Shown here: piece after piece, positions 45,930 to 55,586 of the stretch
Layout of the letters: each line of letters opens with the position of its first letter
Numbering within the stretch: position 1 is the first letter of the stretch
Assembly (NCBI GenBank): GCA_043825735.1
Contig: JBDRRP010000086.1
Location: 75,046-139,045, forward strand
DNA length: 64,000 bases
Direction: 5' to 3'
From: Pseudomonadota bacterium
GTDB taxonomy: Bacteria > Desulfobacterota > Desulfobacteria > Desulfobacterales > JBDRRP01
Notes under the pieces: generated by a model
Told to the model about the DNA's origin: nothing
What the model saw: the letters and a program-made list of their open reading frames with translations, nothing else
The model's database searches: none
Position numbers and translations under genes: made by a program

Positions 45930-46964
45930 GGGGTCAAAGCTTGATTTGTGAATAAATGTGATTTAGCGTATCCAGAAATTGAGGGTTTTCGCGCATTTTC
46001 GTTTTCAGCCCGCGGATTACATGGCTGACAGCAGAATAGCTGATTCCGAACATACGGCCGATCTCATGATTGCTGTAATGCCCGGACTGCCATAGCAGAT
46101 AGACCATGATATCACGCCGGTCTTTTTCCTCTCCGGTGACCCGTCCGGCGTTGCCGAAACGTCGAAATTCACAACCCATCGACTGCTCTGCTGCGCGCAA
46201 AAGCAACTCCGCGTTCACCGGTTTTGCCGTTTTAATTTGGTGAGGTATACTCCCATCAGGTTCGGAGGGCAGGTGCTGGTCACGCATCCGTTTGACAAAA
46301 TCAGCCGTCCCAAGGAAAAGCCCGTGGTGAAAGTTTTCCCAAAGCTTTTGCTCTTCATCAGCGTATGATTGTACTTTGTTCCGATAGTGATCACGGCTGT
46401 CTTCGGTTCCGAACTGCGAAAGGAGCAAGGCAGTCGACAACCACGAGGGGTTGCTACGGTAATAGGTATAAGCCAGATAGCTGCTCCATGGATAATCGGC
46501 AAGCCGTTTCACTATGCCGGCTCTCAAGGGGTTGCGATGTATGTAGCAGGACAACTGCAGGAGATAGGCCTCGTTTTCAACAATGATGCTTTTGTATCGA
46601 CCCTGAAAAAGATGACCCGTGCGTGAATGGCGATGGTTGAATCTTTGTGTGTAGGTGGTGCCGAACCAGTGCATTGCTTTTTTTAGATTTGCCAGACGGG
46701 TCCGTACCAGCAGATGGTAGTGATTGGGCATCAGAACATAGGCGAAAACATCAATGCCGAAACGTTCGGACAGCCCTTCCAGGGTATCCAGAAACATGAT
46801 TCGGTCCCTGTCGTCTTGGAAAATTTTCCGGCCTTCATTGCCTCGTGACAATAAATGATAAAACGCCCCGGAAAATTCAATGCGCCAGGCTCTACTCATA
46901 ATTTTTGTCTTATGGAAAGGGATGTTTCAAGTCAAGGGAAATTCACAATACAAGCTTTGACCCC
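45930..46964. mobile_element. Element bounded by 24-bp inverted repeats carrying a Y1 transposase gene
   Basis: GGGGTCAAAGCTTGATTTGTGAAT (45930-45953) versus ATTCACAATACAAGCTTTGACCCC (46941-46964), 22/24 complementary; interior AT-richer than flanks. Confidence 0.7.
45934..46899 (-). CDS. Y1 HUH transposase (IS200-like / REP-associated RAYT type) with C-terminal HTH extension
   Basis: YHLLSRGN, YVLMPNHYHLL (HUH), HLFQGRYKS, YIHRNP (catalytic Tyr), YPWSSY; C-terminal EIGRMFGISYSAVS. Confidence 0.88.
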   Translation of the reverse strand: MSRAWRIEFSGAFYHLLSRGNEGRKIFQDDRDRIMFLDTLEGLSERFGIDVFAYVLMPNHYHLLVRTRLANLKKAMHWFGTTYTQRFNHRHSRTGHLFQGRYKSIIVENEAYLLQLSCYIHRNPLRAGIVKRLADYPWSSYLAYTYYRSNPSWLSTALLLSQFGTEDSRDHYRNKVQSYADEEQKLWENFHHGLFLGTADFVKRMRDQHLPSEPDGSIPHQIKTAKPVNAELLLRAAEQSMGCEFRRFGNAGRVTGEEKDRRDIMVYLLWQSGHYSNHEIGRMFGISYSAVSHVIRGLKTKMRENPQFLDTLNHIYSQIKL

Positions 46965-47118
46965 ATTGTTTTTTGGCGGGGGGTGCGACTGTGATTTTGA
47001 ACAAGAGGCCTTATTGCCGGGGAGCATATCGGCCAGAGGGTGAGATCACGTATTACGGTCGGGGACGGCACCGGTCGGTGTCGTCCCCGGAAATACGGCT
47101 GGCAGCGGTCCGGCGGTT

Positions 47119-47676
47119 TCAGGCCGGCCCGAAGGAGGCTTCAAAAAGGCTGCGCAGGGCGGTGCGGCCGTCTTCGGACAGATTCCGGGTGCCGGTGCCG
47201 ACGAAAGTCTTGTGGGCGATCAACGGGGTTTCAGCGACCCACCGGCCGTCCTTCCAGGCGAACCAATCCTTTTTGTCCTGGTCGTACACGTTGATGGGCC
47301 GGTTGAATAGTTTGGCCAGCTCAACACCCCATCCGGTGCCGCCTTTGACGGTGTTATCGGCCTGGATCCATCCGACGGTAATGACATGGTAGCCGTTGTT
47401 GACCATGTGAAAAATGCTTTGGATGACCTTGCGGATTTTATCCGCCTGGGAAAAATTGCGGCCCAACCGCGTCGAAACGATTTCCATGCTGACGTTGCCC
47501 TTGTCGAGCTCTTCCGGGCTCAACACCCGAACCACCCCCCGGGTACGCTCAATGTTGTGTCCCATGAACGAAAAGTGGACTTCCCCAATTCCCCATTCTT
47601 CAGCCAATCGGCCGAATTCGGTCTCGGTGCCCTTGTGCCCGCCGCTGTAAAGCGTGATGTTGGAACGCGCTGCCAT
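47119..47676 (-). CDS. Conserved hypothetical protein, SLOG-superfamily-like
   Basis: LYSGGHKGTE and KGGTGWGVELAK resemble SLOG SGGxxG / GGT motifs; AAGGAG RBS before ATG 47676. Confidence 0.55.
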   Translation of the reverse strand: MAARSNITLYSGGHKGTETEFGRLAEEWGIGEVHFSFMGHNIERTRGVVRVLSPEELDKGNVSMEIVSTRLGRNFSQADKIRKVIQSIFHMVNNGYHVITVGWIQADNTVKGGTGWGVELAKLFNRPINVYDQDKKDWFAWKDGRWVAETPLIAHKTFVGTGTRNLSEDGRTALRSLFEASFGPA

Positions 47677-47856
47677 GTGGTCTCTCCTTATACGTGCTGA
47701 ATTTGCTGAGGTGTAAAAAACAGACCACCCTGCCGCAGTTCGGCAGGGTGGAATGGCCATGATAAGGCCAGTTTCAGACAATGCAACCGCCATTGGCACA
47801 ATAAGGCAAAAAACAGCGACCACGCGGCGACTGTGCCGCCAGCAGGAAATCGGCGC

Positions 47857-49782
47857 TTAGGCCGAGGCGGCCATCAAATCACCCACCAGTTTGGAAAACC
47901 GGGAGGGGTCTGTCACCTTGCCGCCCTCGCCGATAACGGCGAGATCCAGCAGAAGCTGGGTGTAGTCCTTGAGCTTGGGATCGTCCTTGTCTTTTTCGAA
48001 CAGGGCCGCCATCTTTTCCACCACCGGATGTTCGGTGTTGAGCTCCAAAACCCGCTTGGCCTCCGGGGGTGTCTGTCCGGCTGAACGCAGGATTTTCTCC
48101 ATGTAGGCGCTCATGTCGGCGGCGTCACCGCTGAGGCAGGCTACTGAGTTCTTAAGTCGTGTGGAAGGCTTGACTTCCTTGATGGTGTCTTCGAGGGCGA
48201 TCCGGATATGCTTGAACAGGGCCTCGAAACGGCCCTTTGTTTCCTCGGGCACCGCCTCGATGTCCAACTCGCCCTTTTCGGCGCTTTTGATGGGCTTACC
48301 GTCGTATTCGGTAAGGCTCTGCACCACCCACTCGTCGACGGGATCGGTCATCAGGAGCACTTCGTAGTCCTTTGCCTTGAGCTGCTCCAGCAGCGGGCTG
48401 TTGATGAGGGCGGCCATGTTGTCGCCGGTGATGTAGAAGATGTCCTTTTGATCAGGCTGCATTCGCGCCACGTAGTCCTTCAAAGAAACCCAAGCACCCT
48501 CGCTTTTTGTGGTCTTGTAGCGGGCCAGCTCGGCGATGCGCTCCTTGTTCTCGTGGTCGCTGTGGATACCCACCTTGAGCACAGGGCCGAATTCCTCCCA
48601 GAACGTCTTGTACGTGTCGGCCTCCAGGTTTCCGAGCAGTTCGAAGAGTTTTTTCACAAGGTTGCGGCGGATGTTTCTCACCAGGCGATCCTGCTGGAGG
48701 ATTTCGCGGCTCACGTTAAGATTGAGATCCGGGGCGTCCACCACACCCTTGATGAACCGGAAGTACTCGGGTAGCAGATCTTCGCAGTTATCCATGATAA
48801 AGACCCGCTTGCAGAAGAGATGAACACCGTGGCGGGACTCCGGGTGAAAAAGATCGAACGGTGCCTTTGAGGGGATGTAGAGCAGGGCCGTGTACTCGGT
48901 AGTGCCTTCGAACTTCATGTGCAGGTGCGACAGGGGTGAATTCCAGTCGTGACTGATATGACGGTAGAACTCCTCGTGCTCCTTTTCGGAGACGTCATCC
49001 TTGGCTTTGGCCCAGATGGCCTTCATGGAGTTCAGGGTCTCCTCCTTGATTACCTTCCGGGTGCTCTTGCCGATGGTCTTGCCGTTTTTGTCTTTGAGCT
49101 GTTCGGTGTCGGGGATGGGCTCGTCGCGTTCCACATCCATTACGATGGGGTAGCCCACAAAGTCAGAATGCTGCTTGACGATGCGCCGGATGGTCCACTC
49201 GTCGGTGAAATCCGGGTCGTCCTTTTCTTTCTTCTTGAGCGCCAGGGTGATCGTAGTGCCGCGGGTGGCTTTTTTCGATTCTTCGATGGTATACGACCCG
49301 TCGCCGGTGGACACCCACTTTACGCCGGTCTCTGCGCCGGCGGCCCGGGTTACCAGGGTGATCTTGTCGGCCACGATGAAGGCGCTGTAAAAGCCGACGC
49401 CGAATTGGCCGATGAGCTCAGGGGGTACGCCTTCGCCGTGCTGGTGCTTGCTCATGGCTTCCATAAAGGCTGCCGTCCCGCTCTGGGCGATGGTGCCGAT
49501 ATTTTCGATGACCTCGTCGTAGGTCATACCGATGCCGTTGTCGGAAATTTCAAGTGTGTTTTTGATGCCGTCGGCGGTAATTTTGATCTTGAATTCGGTA
49601 TCATCGCCCAAGACGCCCGGATCGGTCTGAGATTTAAACCGGAGCTTGTCCACGGCATCAGAGGCATTGCTGATCAGTTCCCTTAAAAAGATTTCCTTGT
49701 TGGAATACAGGGAGTTGATGATCAGGTTCAGCATTTGTTTGACTTCGGTCTTAAATTCGTGGGTTTCTTTTTTGACGCTCAT
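47857..49782 (-). CDS. htpG: Molecular chaperone HtpG (Hsp90)
   Basis: [47 protein letters not shown]. Confidence 0.97.
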   Translation of the reverse strand: MSVKKETHEFKTEVKQMLNLIINSLYSNKEIFLRELISNASDAVDKLRFKSQTDPGVLGDDTEFKIKITADGIKNTLEISDNGIGMTYDEVIENIGTIAQSGTAAFMEAMSKHQHGEGVPPELIGQFGVGFYSAFIVADKITLVTRAAGAETGVKWVSTGDGSYTIEESKKATRGTTITLALKKKEKDDPDFTDEWTIRRIVKQHSDFVGYPIVMDVERDEPIPDTEQLKDKNGKTIGKSTRKVIKEETLNSMKAIWAKAKDDVSEKEHEEFYRHISHDWNSPLSHLHMKFEGTTEYTALLYIPSKAPFDLFHPESRHGVHLFCKRVFIMDNCEDLLPEYFRFIKGVVDAPDLNLNVSREILQQDRLVRNIRRNLVKKLFELLGNLEADTYKTFWEEFGPVLKVGIHSDHENKERIAELARYKTTKSEGAWVSLKDYVARMQPDQKDIFYITGDNMAALINSPLLEQLKAKDYEVLLMTDPVDEWVVQSLTEYDGKPIKSAEKGELDIEAVPEETKGRFEALFKHIRIALEDTIKEVKPSTRLKNSVACLSGDAADMSAYMEKILRSAGQTPPEAKRVLELNTEHPVVEKMAALFEKDKDDPKLKDYTQLLLDLAVIGEGGKVTDPSRFSKLVGDLMAASA

Positions 49783-49824
49783 GCAGCCTCCTGTTTACGG
49801 TCAGCGGTAATTTCGTGGAATCAA

Positions 49825-49852
49825 TAATGGTGGCGAATTTTTAAATGTCAAG
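49825..49852 (-). promoter_or_regulatory. Probable htpG promoter (sigma32-like)
   Basis: Minus strand CTTGACA-N13-CACCATTA resembles the CTTGAA-N13/14-CCCCAT heat-shock consensus. Confidence 0.45.
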
Positions 49853-49988
49853 GAGGTAAAGTGTTGATTTTCAAATGTAAATCGAATACGGTCCGATGTG
49901 CCGCGTTGCGACTCCGAAAAGGCCCGCCAAGGCGTTACGGTGTGCCTGATACGGCGGGCGGCGGAGCGGTAACATAAAGGGAAAAAAG

Positions 49989-50423
49989 ATGAATGACGGC
50001 TCTTTTGAACGGGTCTCCGTTTCTGACAACCGGCTCTACGGGCCACGTAAGGTTTTGTTCTGCGGTTTTCTCGCCAAGGCCCACCCGGCCGTCGCGGCGC
50101 TCCTAAAAATGGTCGGCCTCGAGGATGTGGGGGCCATTTATGCGGGGCCGGCGCAGGTCGGCGAGACCGTGGGCGATCTTTTCCAGCTTCCGGGCGGCAC
50201 CGGTGAAGGGCGCGATTCCGACTTGCCCCGGGCGATCATCCTCGGCGGCATCACGGAAAAGGAACTCCATCAGCTGATGGAGGGCACCCGGTTGTCGCGG
50301 ATGCAGCCGCCCCTGTGGGCGGTGCTGACGCCGGTGTCTGAAAACTGGACTCTGGCTGATCTGCTCCGGGAACTGGCCGCTGAGCGCGCGGCGCTCAATC
50401 GGCCCGATACGGCGCCGTCTTGA
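49989..50423 (+). CDS. DUF3783-like protein
   Basis: YGPRKVLFCGF...PLWAVLTPVSENWTL..LL.EL..ER. Confidence 0.65.
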   Translation: MNDGSFERVSVSDNRLYGPRKVLFCGFLAKAHPAVAALLKMVGLEDVGAIYAGPAQVGETVGDLFQLPGGTGEGRDSDLPRAIILGGITEKELHQLMEGTRLSRMQPPLWAVLTPVSENWTLADLLRELAAERAALNRPDTAPS

Positions 50424-50541
50424 TGCCGGCGCTGGCAAGCCGCCATCTCGTGGGGGCCGGAGGGCGGCTGACTGATGTCCCGGATTTCTCCACGGCCCTG
50501 TATTTTCAAATAGTTATATTGTATGATCAACGTTTTTGGCC

Positions 50542-50570
50542 TTGACGGGGAAAACCGTTTTCCCTATAGT
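50542..50570 (+). promoter_or_regulatory. Sigma70 promoter of the TRAP operon with a palindromic spacer
   Basis: TTGACG-GGGAAAACCGTTTTCCC-TATAGT (17-bp spacer). Confidence 0.65.
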
Positions 50571-50632
50571 CCGCCGGGATGAACGTACCCTGTTTAGTGA
50601 ATCGTGATCAGTAACAGGAAGTCAGGACGGTT

Positions 50633-51163
50633 ATGAACATTATCAAATGGATTGTTAACGCCATCGACACGCTCAATCTCCGGGTAGGGACTGCTGTCTC
50701 CTGGGTATCGGGCCTGGTCGTTGTCGTGGTTTTTGCCGATGTCGTGATGCGCTACGCATTCAACATCAGCTATGTGTTTACCCAGGAATTGGAGTGGCAC
50801 CTGTTTGCCTTCATTTTTCTTATGGGTGCCGGCTACACACTGCTCAAGGACGGGCACGTCCGCGTGGACATCATCTACCAGCGCTGTAGCCCCAAGAGTC
50901 AGGCCTGGATCAACCTGCTGGGGGTGATTTTCTTTCTGATCCCCGGCTGCTATCTCATCATCGCCACGTCCTGGCTGTGGGTGCAAAATTCCTGGGCGAT
51001 CATGGAAGGCTCACCCGACCCGGGAGGCATCCCCTACCGGTACATCGTGAAAGGCTGCGTGCCGGTTGGTTTTTCCCTGATCTTATTGCAGGGCATTTCA
51101 CTGGGACTGAAGAGCTTTATGACGATTCTGGGCAGAGATATTAACGCGGGGGAGACATCCTGA
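50633..51163 (+). CDS. dctQ: TRAP transporter small permease
   Basis: Four TM segments; VVMRY, ELEWHL, GHVRVDI, EGSPDPGG. Confidence 0.9.
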   Translation: MNIIKWIVNAIDTLNLRVGTAVSWVSGLVVVVVFADVVMRYAFNISYVFTQELEWHLFAFIFLMGAGYTLLKDGHVRVDIIYQRCSPKSQAWINLLGVIFFLIPGCYLIIATSWLWVQNSWAIMEGSPDPGGIPYRYIVKGCVPVGFSLILLQGISLGLKSFMTILGRDINAGETS

Positions 51164-52500
51164 TGGAGTGGTTTTACGGTTATTTGCCGGGCTGGATGTT
51201 TCTGGCGCTGACGATTCTGCTCATGGTGGGCTTTCCGGTGACTTTCACCCTGCTGGGGACGGCGCTGTGCTTTGGCCTCATCGGTTTCGGCTGGGGGTTT
51301 TTCAACCTGCTGCCCCTGCGGATCTGGGGGGTCATGGGCAACGTGACCCTGCTGGCGGTGCCGCTCTTTGTCTTCATGGGGGTCATGCTGGAGCGCTCCG
51401 GCCTTGCCGAGGAGCTATTGGACACCATGGGCCTGCTGTTCGGCCGGATCCGCGGCGGTCTGGCGGTGTCGGTGGTTCTCGTGGGTGCACTGATGGGCGC
51501 TTCGACTGGTATCGTGGGGGCCACGGTGGTCACCATGGGGCTGCTGGCCGTGCCCACCATGCTCAAACGTGGCTACAACAAGGAGCTGGCCTGCGGTACG
51601 GTGTCCGCTTCGGGCACCCTGGGTCAGATCATCCCTCCCAGCATCGTTCTGGTACTCATTGGCGACATCGTCGGGGTTCCCGTGGGCGATCTTTTCATGG
51701 GGGCGGTGATGCCGGGGATGGTGCTCGTTTTGCTTTACATTCTTTACATCTTCCTCGCCTCGTGGATCAAACCCGGCTGGGCGCCGCCGATTCCCCGTGC
51801 CGAGCTGGCCGAGTTTTCCGGCAAGGAAATGTACCTGCGCATCGGCAAAGCGCTCTTTCCGCCGCTATTTCTCATGGTGGCGGTGCTCGGTTCCATTTTT
51901 GCCGGCGTGGCTTCGCCCACCGAGGCCGCGGCTGTGGGTGCCGTAGGCTCCACGATTCTGACCGTGGCCAACAGAAAGTTCAACCTAACCATTTTAAGAG
52001 AGGTCATGCAGTCTACCACTCAGCTCACCTGCATGGTGTTCATCATCCTGGTGGGCGCTGCTGCTTTTGGCCTGGTCTTCAGGGGCATGGGCGGCGACGA
52101 AATGGTTCGCCACTTTCTGGGCGGTCTCTCCGAGACCCACGGTAAGTGGTTCGTGCTTTTTATCGTCATGGGGCTCATCTTCGTCATCGGGTTTTTTCTC
52201 GACTTCATCGAGATCACGTTTATCCATGTTCCGGTGCTGGCCCCCATCATGATCGAGTTCGGCTTCGACCCGGTCTGGTTCTGTATCCTCATCGCGGTGA
52301 ACTTGCAGACCTCGTTCATGACGCCGCCGTTCGGTTTTTCCCTGTTTTACCTGAAAGCGGTGACGCCGCCGGAGATCCAGACCGGCCACATTTACCGCGG
52401 CATCATTCCTTTTGTTATTTTCCAGCTCATCGGCCTGCTCATTGTGGTCATGTTTCCCGAGCTGGTGACGTGGTTGCCGAAAATAGTCTTTGGCGGTTAG
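51163..52500 (+). CDS. dctM: TRAP transporter large permease
   Basis: AVPLFVFMG, GTLGQIIPPSI, PTEAAAVG, TPPFG. Confidence 0.93.
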   Translation: MEWFYGYLPGWMFLALTILLMVGFPVTFTLLGTALCFGLIGFGWGFFNLLPLRIWGVMGNVTLLAVPLFVFMGVMLERSGLAEELLDTMGLLFGRIRGGLAVSVVLVGALMGASTGIVGATVVTMGLLAVPTMLKRGYNKELACGTVSASGTLGQIIPPSIVLVLIGDIVGVPVGDLFMGAVMPGMVLVLLYILYIFLASWIKPGWAPPIPRAELAEFSGKEMYLRIGKALFPPLFLMVAVLGSIFAGVASPTEAAAVGAVGSTILTVANRKFNLTILREVMQSTTQLTCMVFIILVGAAAFGLVFRGMGGDEMVRHFLGGLSETHGKWFVLFIVMGLIFVIGFFLDFIEITFIHVPVLAPIMIEFGFDPVWFCILIAVNLQTSFMTPPFGFSLFYLKAVTPPEIQTGHIYRGIIPFVIFQLIGLLIVVMFPELVTWLPKIVFGG

Positions 52501-52703
52501 TCGTATCTTCTGGTATCTTGTACAGCACTCTACAAGGGGCCGCAGAACCCGCCCCTTGCCAGTGGCTTGAAACTCGCGCCGGCTTGGTATTCCGGTGGCT
52601 GCCTCGGTGCACCGCGACAGGTGCTCTCCGGTGGCGCCGTCCCGATTGGGGCAACCACAGCCGTCGCGGATCGTCTTAACCCCAACGAAAGGAGTCTGGC
52701 GGA

Positions 52704-53807
52704 ATGAAAAGAAGAGACTTTCTGAAAACGACGGGTAAGGCAGCCGTCGCGGCCGCCGCTGCGACCGCGATCGGCGCGCCGGCAGTTCATGCCGCGAAGA
52801 AGTACAGCTGGAAGATGGTGACCACCTGGCCACCCAATCTGCCGGTGCTCCAGACCGGCGCCGTGCGGTTTGCCAAGCGGGTGGAAGAAGCCACTGATGG
52901 GCAGATCAAGATCCAGGTTTTTGCCGGCGGCGAGTTGGTTCCGCCTCTGGGTGTTTTCGATGCGGTATCCGACGGCACGGTGGAAGTGGGCTCCGGCGCC
53001 TCTTACTATTGGGCCGGCAAAGTGCCCGCGGCCCAGTGGTTTGCGGCCGTACCCTTCGGTTTCAACGCCCAGGGGATCAACGCCTGGTTTTACAGCGGCG
53101 GCGGTTTGAAGCTTTGGGAAGAAGTCTATGCCCCCTTTAATCTGGTGCCTCGGCCTCAGGGCAACACGGGTGTGCAGATGGGCGGCTGGTTTCGCAAGGA
53201 GATGAACACCATCGACGACTACAAGGGGCTCAAGATGCGCATCCCGGGCCTCGGCGGCAAGGTCGTCGCCAAGGCGGGTGGCACGGTCGTGCTGCTTCCC
53301 GGCGGTGAGATTTTCACCTCACTGGAGCGCGGCGTCATCGACGCCACCGAATGGGTCGGCCCCATGCATGACCTGCGGATGGGTTTTTACAAGGCCGCAA
53401 AGTACTACTACTATCCCGGCTGGCACGAGCCCGGGACCTGCCTTGAAGTCATGTTCAACAAAAAAGTCTACGACGCCCTGCCCAAGGGGCTGCAGCAGAC
53501 CTTGGACGCGGTGGCCGCCGAGACCAACATGTGGAGCCTTTGTGAGTTCGAGGCGGGCAACGGCGCCGCGCTTCAGGAACTGATCACCAAACACAACGTC
53601 AACCTGGTCAAGTTCCCTGACAAACTGATGGCGGACCTGCGCGTTCTGGCCACCGAAGTGCTCGAGGAAGAAGCGGCCAAGGATGCCATGAGCATGAAGG
53701 TGAACGAAGCGTTCAAGAAGTTCAAGGCGCAGGTGGGCGTGTGGGGGTCGGTCTCAGAGAACCCCTTCTACAACGACATCGCCGACAAGTACAAACTTAA
53801 GATGTAA
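52704..53807 (+). CDS. dctP: TRAP substrate-binding protein, TakP-like, Tat-exported
   Basis: Tat signal MKRRDFLK; WKMVTTWP, GNTGVQMGGWF, GLKMRIPG, YYYPGWHEP. Confidence 0.92.
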   Translation: MKRRDFLKTTGKAAVAAAAATAIGAPAVHAAKKYSWKMVTTWPPNLPVLQTGAVRFAKRVEEATDGQIKIQVFAGGELVPPLGVFDAVSDGTVEVGSGASYYWAGKVPAAQWFAAVPFGFNAQGINAWFYSGGGLKLWEEVYAPFNLVPRPQGNTGVQMGGWFRKEMNTIDDYKGLKMRIPGLGGKVVAKAGGTVVLLPGGEIFTSLERGVIDATEWVGPMHDLRMGFYKAAKYYYYPGWHEPGTCLEVMFNKKVYDALPKGLQQTLDAVAAETNMWSLCEFEAGNGAALQELITKHNVNLVKFPDKLMADLRVLATEVLEEEAAKDAMSMKVNEAFKKFKAQVGVWGSVSENPFYNDIADKYKLKM

Positions 53808-53836
53808 AACCGGCGGCTGTCGCCACCGTTTTTGTG

Positions 53837-53869
53837 AAAAGCCCCCGCGAATGCTCGCGGGGGCTTTTT
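53837..53869. terminator. Bidirectional intrinsic terminator
   Basis: AAAAGCCCCCGCGA-ATGC-TCGCGGGGGCTTTTT. Confidence 0.85.
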
Positions 53870-53977
53870 CATTTTCATGATCACGACAACCCGTCAGATC
53901 AATACATTTATCATTGCCTTGGAAACCCTGCGCTTCGCGTTGGGTACCATGCGCATATCTGCGGTGCTGGCGCACCG

Positions 53978-54053
53978 GCAGGCTATTCCTCCGGTTGAAG
54001 ACGCATTCGAGCCTTGCCGGGAACCAAAATCCGCCGTTTCTGGACGGAAACGA
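53978..54053. mobile_element. Partial copy (right half) of the MITE at 14543-14688
   Basis: GCAGGCT..CTCCGGTTGAAGAC...TTCGAGCCTTGCC.GGAACCAAAATC....TTTCTGGACGGA matches 14613-14683. Confidence 0.7.
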
Positions 54054-54894
54054 GATAGGAGACGGTGCCGGTCTGCCCCCGGTTGTTTTGTCGTGTTTCG
54101 ATTCTGAAATGACAGCTCCCCGCCACGGTGCCGGTGAAGTTGAATTCCAAAACCGCCGTCGTGTCACCCGCCCCTTTGGGATTGAATCCCATGGCGGTCA
54201 GCCACATGAAGGTCTCGATGGAATCCGGGCGCGGTACGAGGCCTTTCTCGTCGAATTCCCTGGGAGAAACCCCTTCGGCAATGCACGTCTTCCAGAACAT
54301 GTTGGCCATCCTGGCCATCATGTGCGTGTCACCCACGATGTCCTGGGTGACGCGGGCCAGGGTCTCCGGAGAAACTTTGAGGTTTGCCACGATTTCCCTG
54401 CCGGCCTGCCGTGTCGCTTCCAGGATCTCCCGGGCCTTGTCTTTCAGGAAAGCCTGAGTCAGGCTCTCGGCGGCCGGTCGGTAGATTTCGGCCACGAGTT
54501 TGTCGTTTCTTCCGAAAACGAACCGGGCCCACGACGAAAGCTGGTCAAAAATCGAGGCTTCCGGAAATCCTGCCACCGAGAGGATCACCGTCTTGGGCAG
54601 CGGATACCGCGGAGGGTGTACCGTCTCGCCGGCCCGGGTTTCAAAAAACGGCTGAAGGACCGGCAGGGTGCGCTCAATAAAGGCCTTCATGTCGTCCTTG
54701 TGGATGCACACCCCCGGCGTCTTGGTCCAGCAGGTGAAACAACCGGAGCAGTACCGGATCGTCTTTTTTCGGAGTGCCACCACGTCAACGTCCGCGCCGG
54801 CCTCGCGCATGCCTTCCACAAGGGCATCCAGCATGAGTTCGGTCTTGCTCTGGCCGCCCCCGCGGGGGCTCGAGTTGAAGGCTATAATTTTCAT
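53983..54894 (-). pseudogene. Flavodoxin-like NAD(P)H:FMN reductase / iron-sulfur flavoprotein with start of an SCP2-like domain, probably degraded
   Basis: NSSPRG..SKT and CSGCFTCW...C present, but KDDM runs straight into KAFIER with no ADxxxxxTPxY segment; the C-terminus reads into the MITE copy. Confidence 0.6.
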
Positions 54895-54936
54895 ACACGT
54901 CTCCGTTTTCTTTTTACGTTCCCGGTTCGCAATCAT

Positions 54937-55500
54937 TCATGAAGGGATCCCTTTCCTGGATCCGCCGCCCAAGTCCGCCGGATTGGCTGAAGCGTTCTTG
55001 TCCTGTTTCAGTTCTTCGACGATGTCCGACACATTCCGGGCGATGTCTTCGAAGAACCGCAAGCCGAAGCAATAGCACAGGAATTGAAACCGGTCCGCCC
55101 GGCCTTCGATCTGGGGCTGAATCGCCTTGAGGTTCTCATGAGCCTGGCGCAGGGACGCCAGATGCCGCTCGGCCGCGGCACACCGCTCTTCGGCAGCGAG
55201 ATGGGAGAAGAAGAAGAGCCGCGTCAGAAAGGCATTTTTGAGGCGATCCATTTCGAAAGGGGCCTTGAGCTCCGCCATGAACGCCTCTTTTCCCGCTTCG
55301 GTGACGGTGTAGACTTTCCGGTTGGGCGATCCGTCCTGCACTGCCACCTGCATGGTGACCCATCCCGCCTTTTCCATCTTTTTCAGGGCGGGATAGATGG
55401 AGCCGTAGCTCAGGCCCGAAAAATGGGAAAAGGACAAGGAAAAGGATTTTTTGAGTTCGTACCCGGTCTTGCTCCCATCCATGAGAAACCCCAAAAGCAT
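54937..55500 (-). CDS. PadR family transcriptional regulator
   Basis: LLGFL...TGYELKK...GSIYPALKKME..GWV...PNRKVYTVTEAG; start uncertain (55500 or 55551). Confidence 0.85.
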   Translation of the reverse strand: MLLGFLMDGSKTGYELKKSFSLSFSHFSGLSYGSIYPALKKMEKAGWVTMQVAVQDGSPNRKVYTVTEAGKEAFMAELKAPFEMDRLKNAFLTRLFFFSHLAAEERCAAAERHLASLRQAHENLKAIQPQIEGRADRFQFLCYCFGLRFFEDIARNVSDIVEELKQDKNASANPADLGGGSRKGIPS

Positions 55501-55586
55501 GGTGCAATTGATAGCGGTGGACACAGCTTGGGTTAAGTGATTTATTGCCATGGTGAGTTAATATCCAAGCAGCGGAGCGATGAGAA

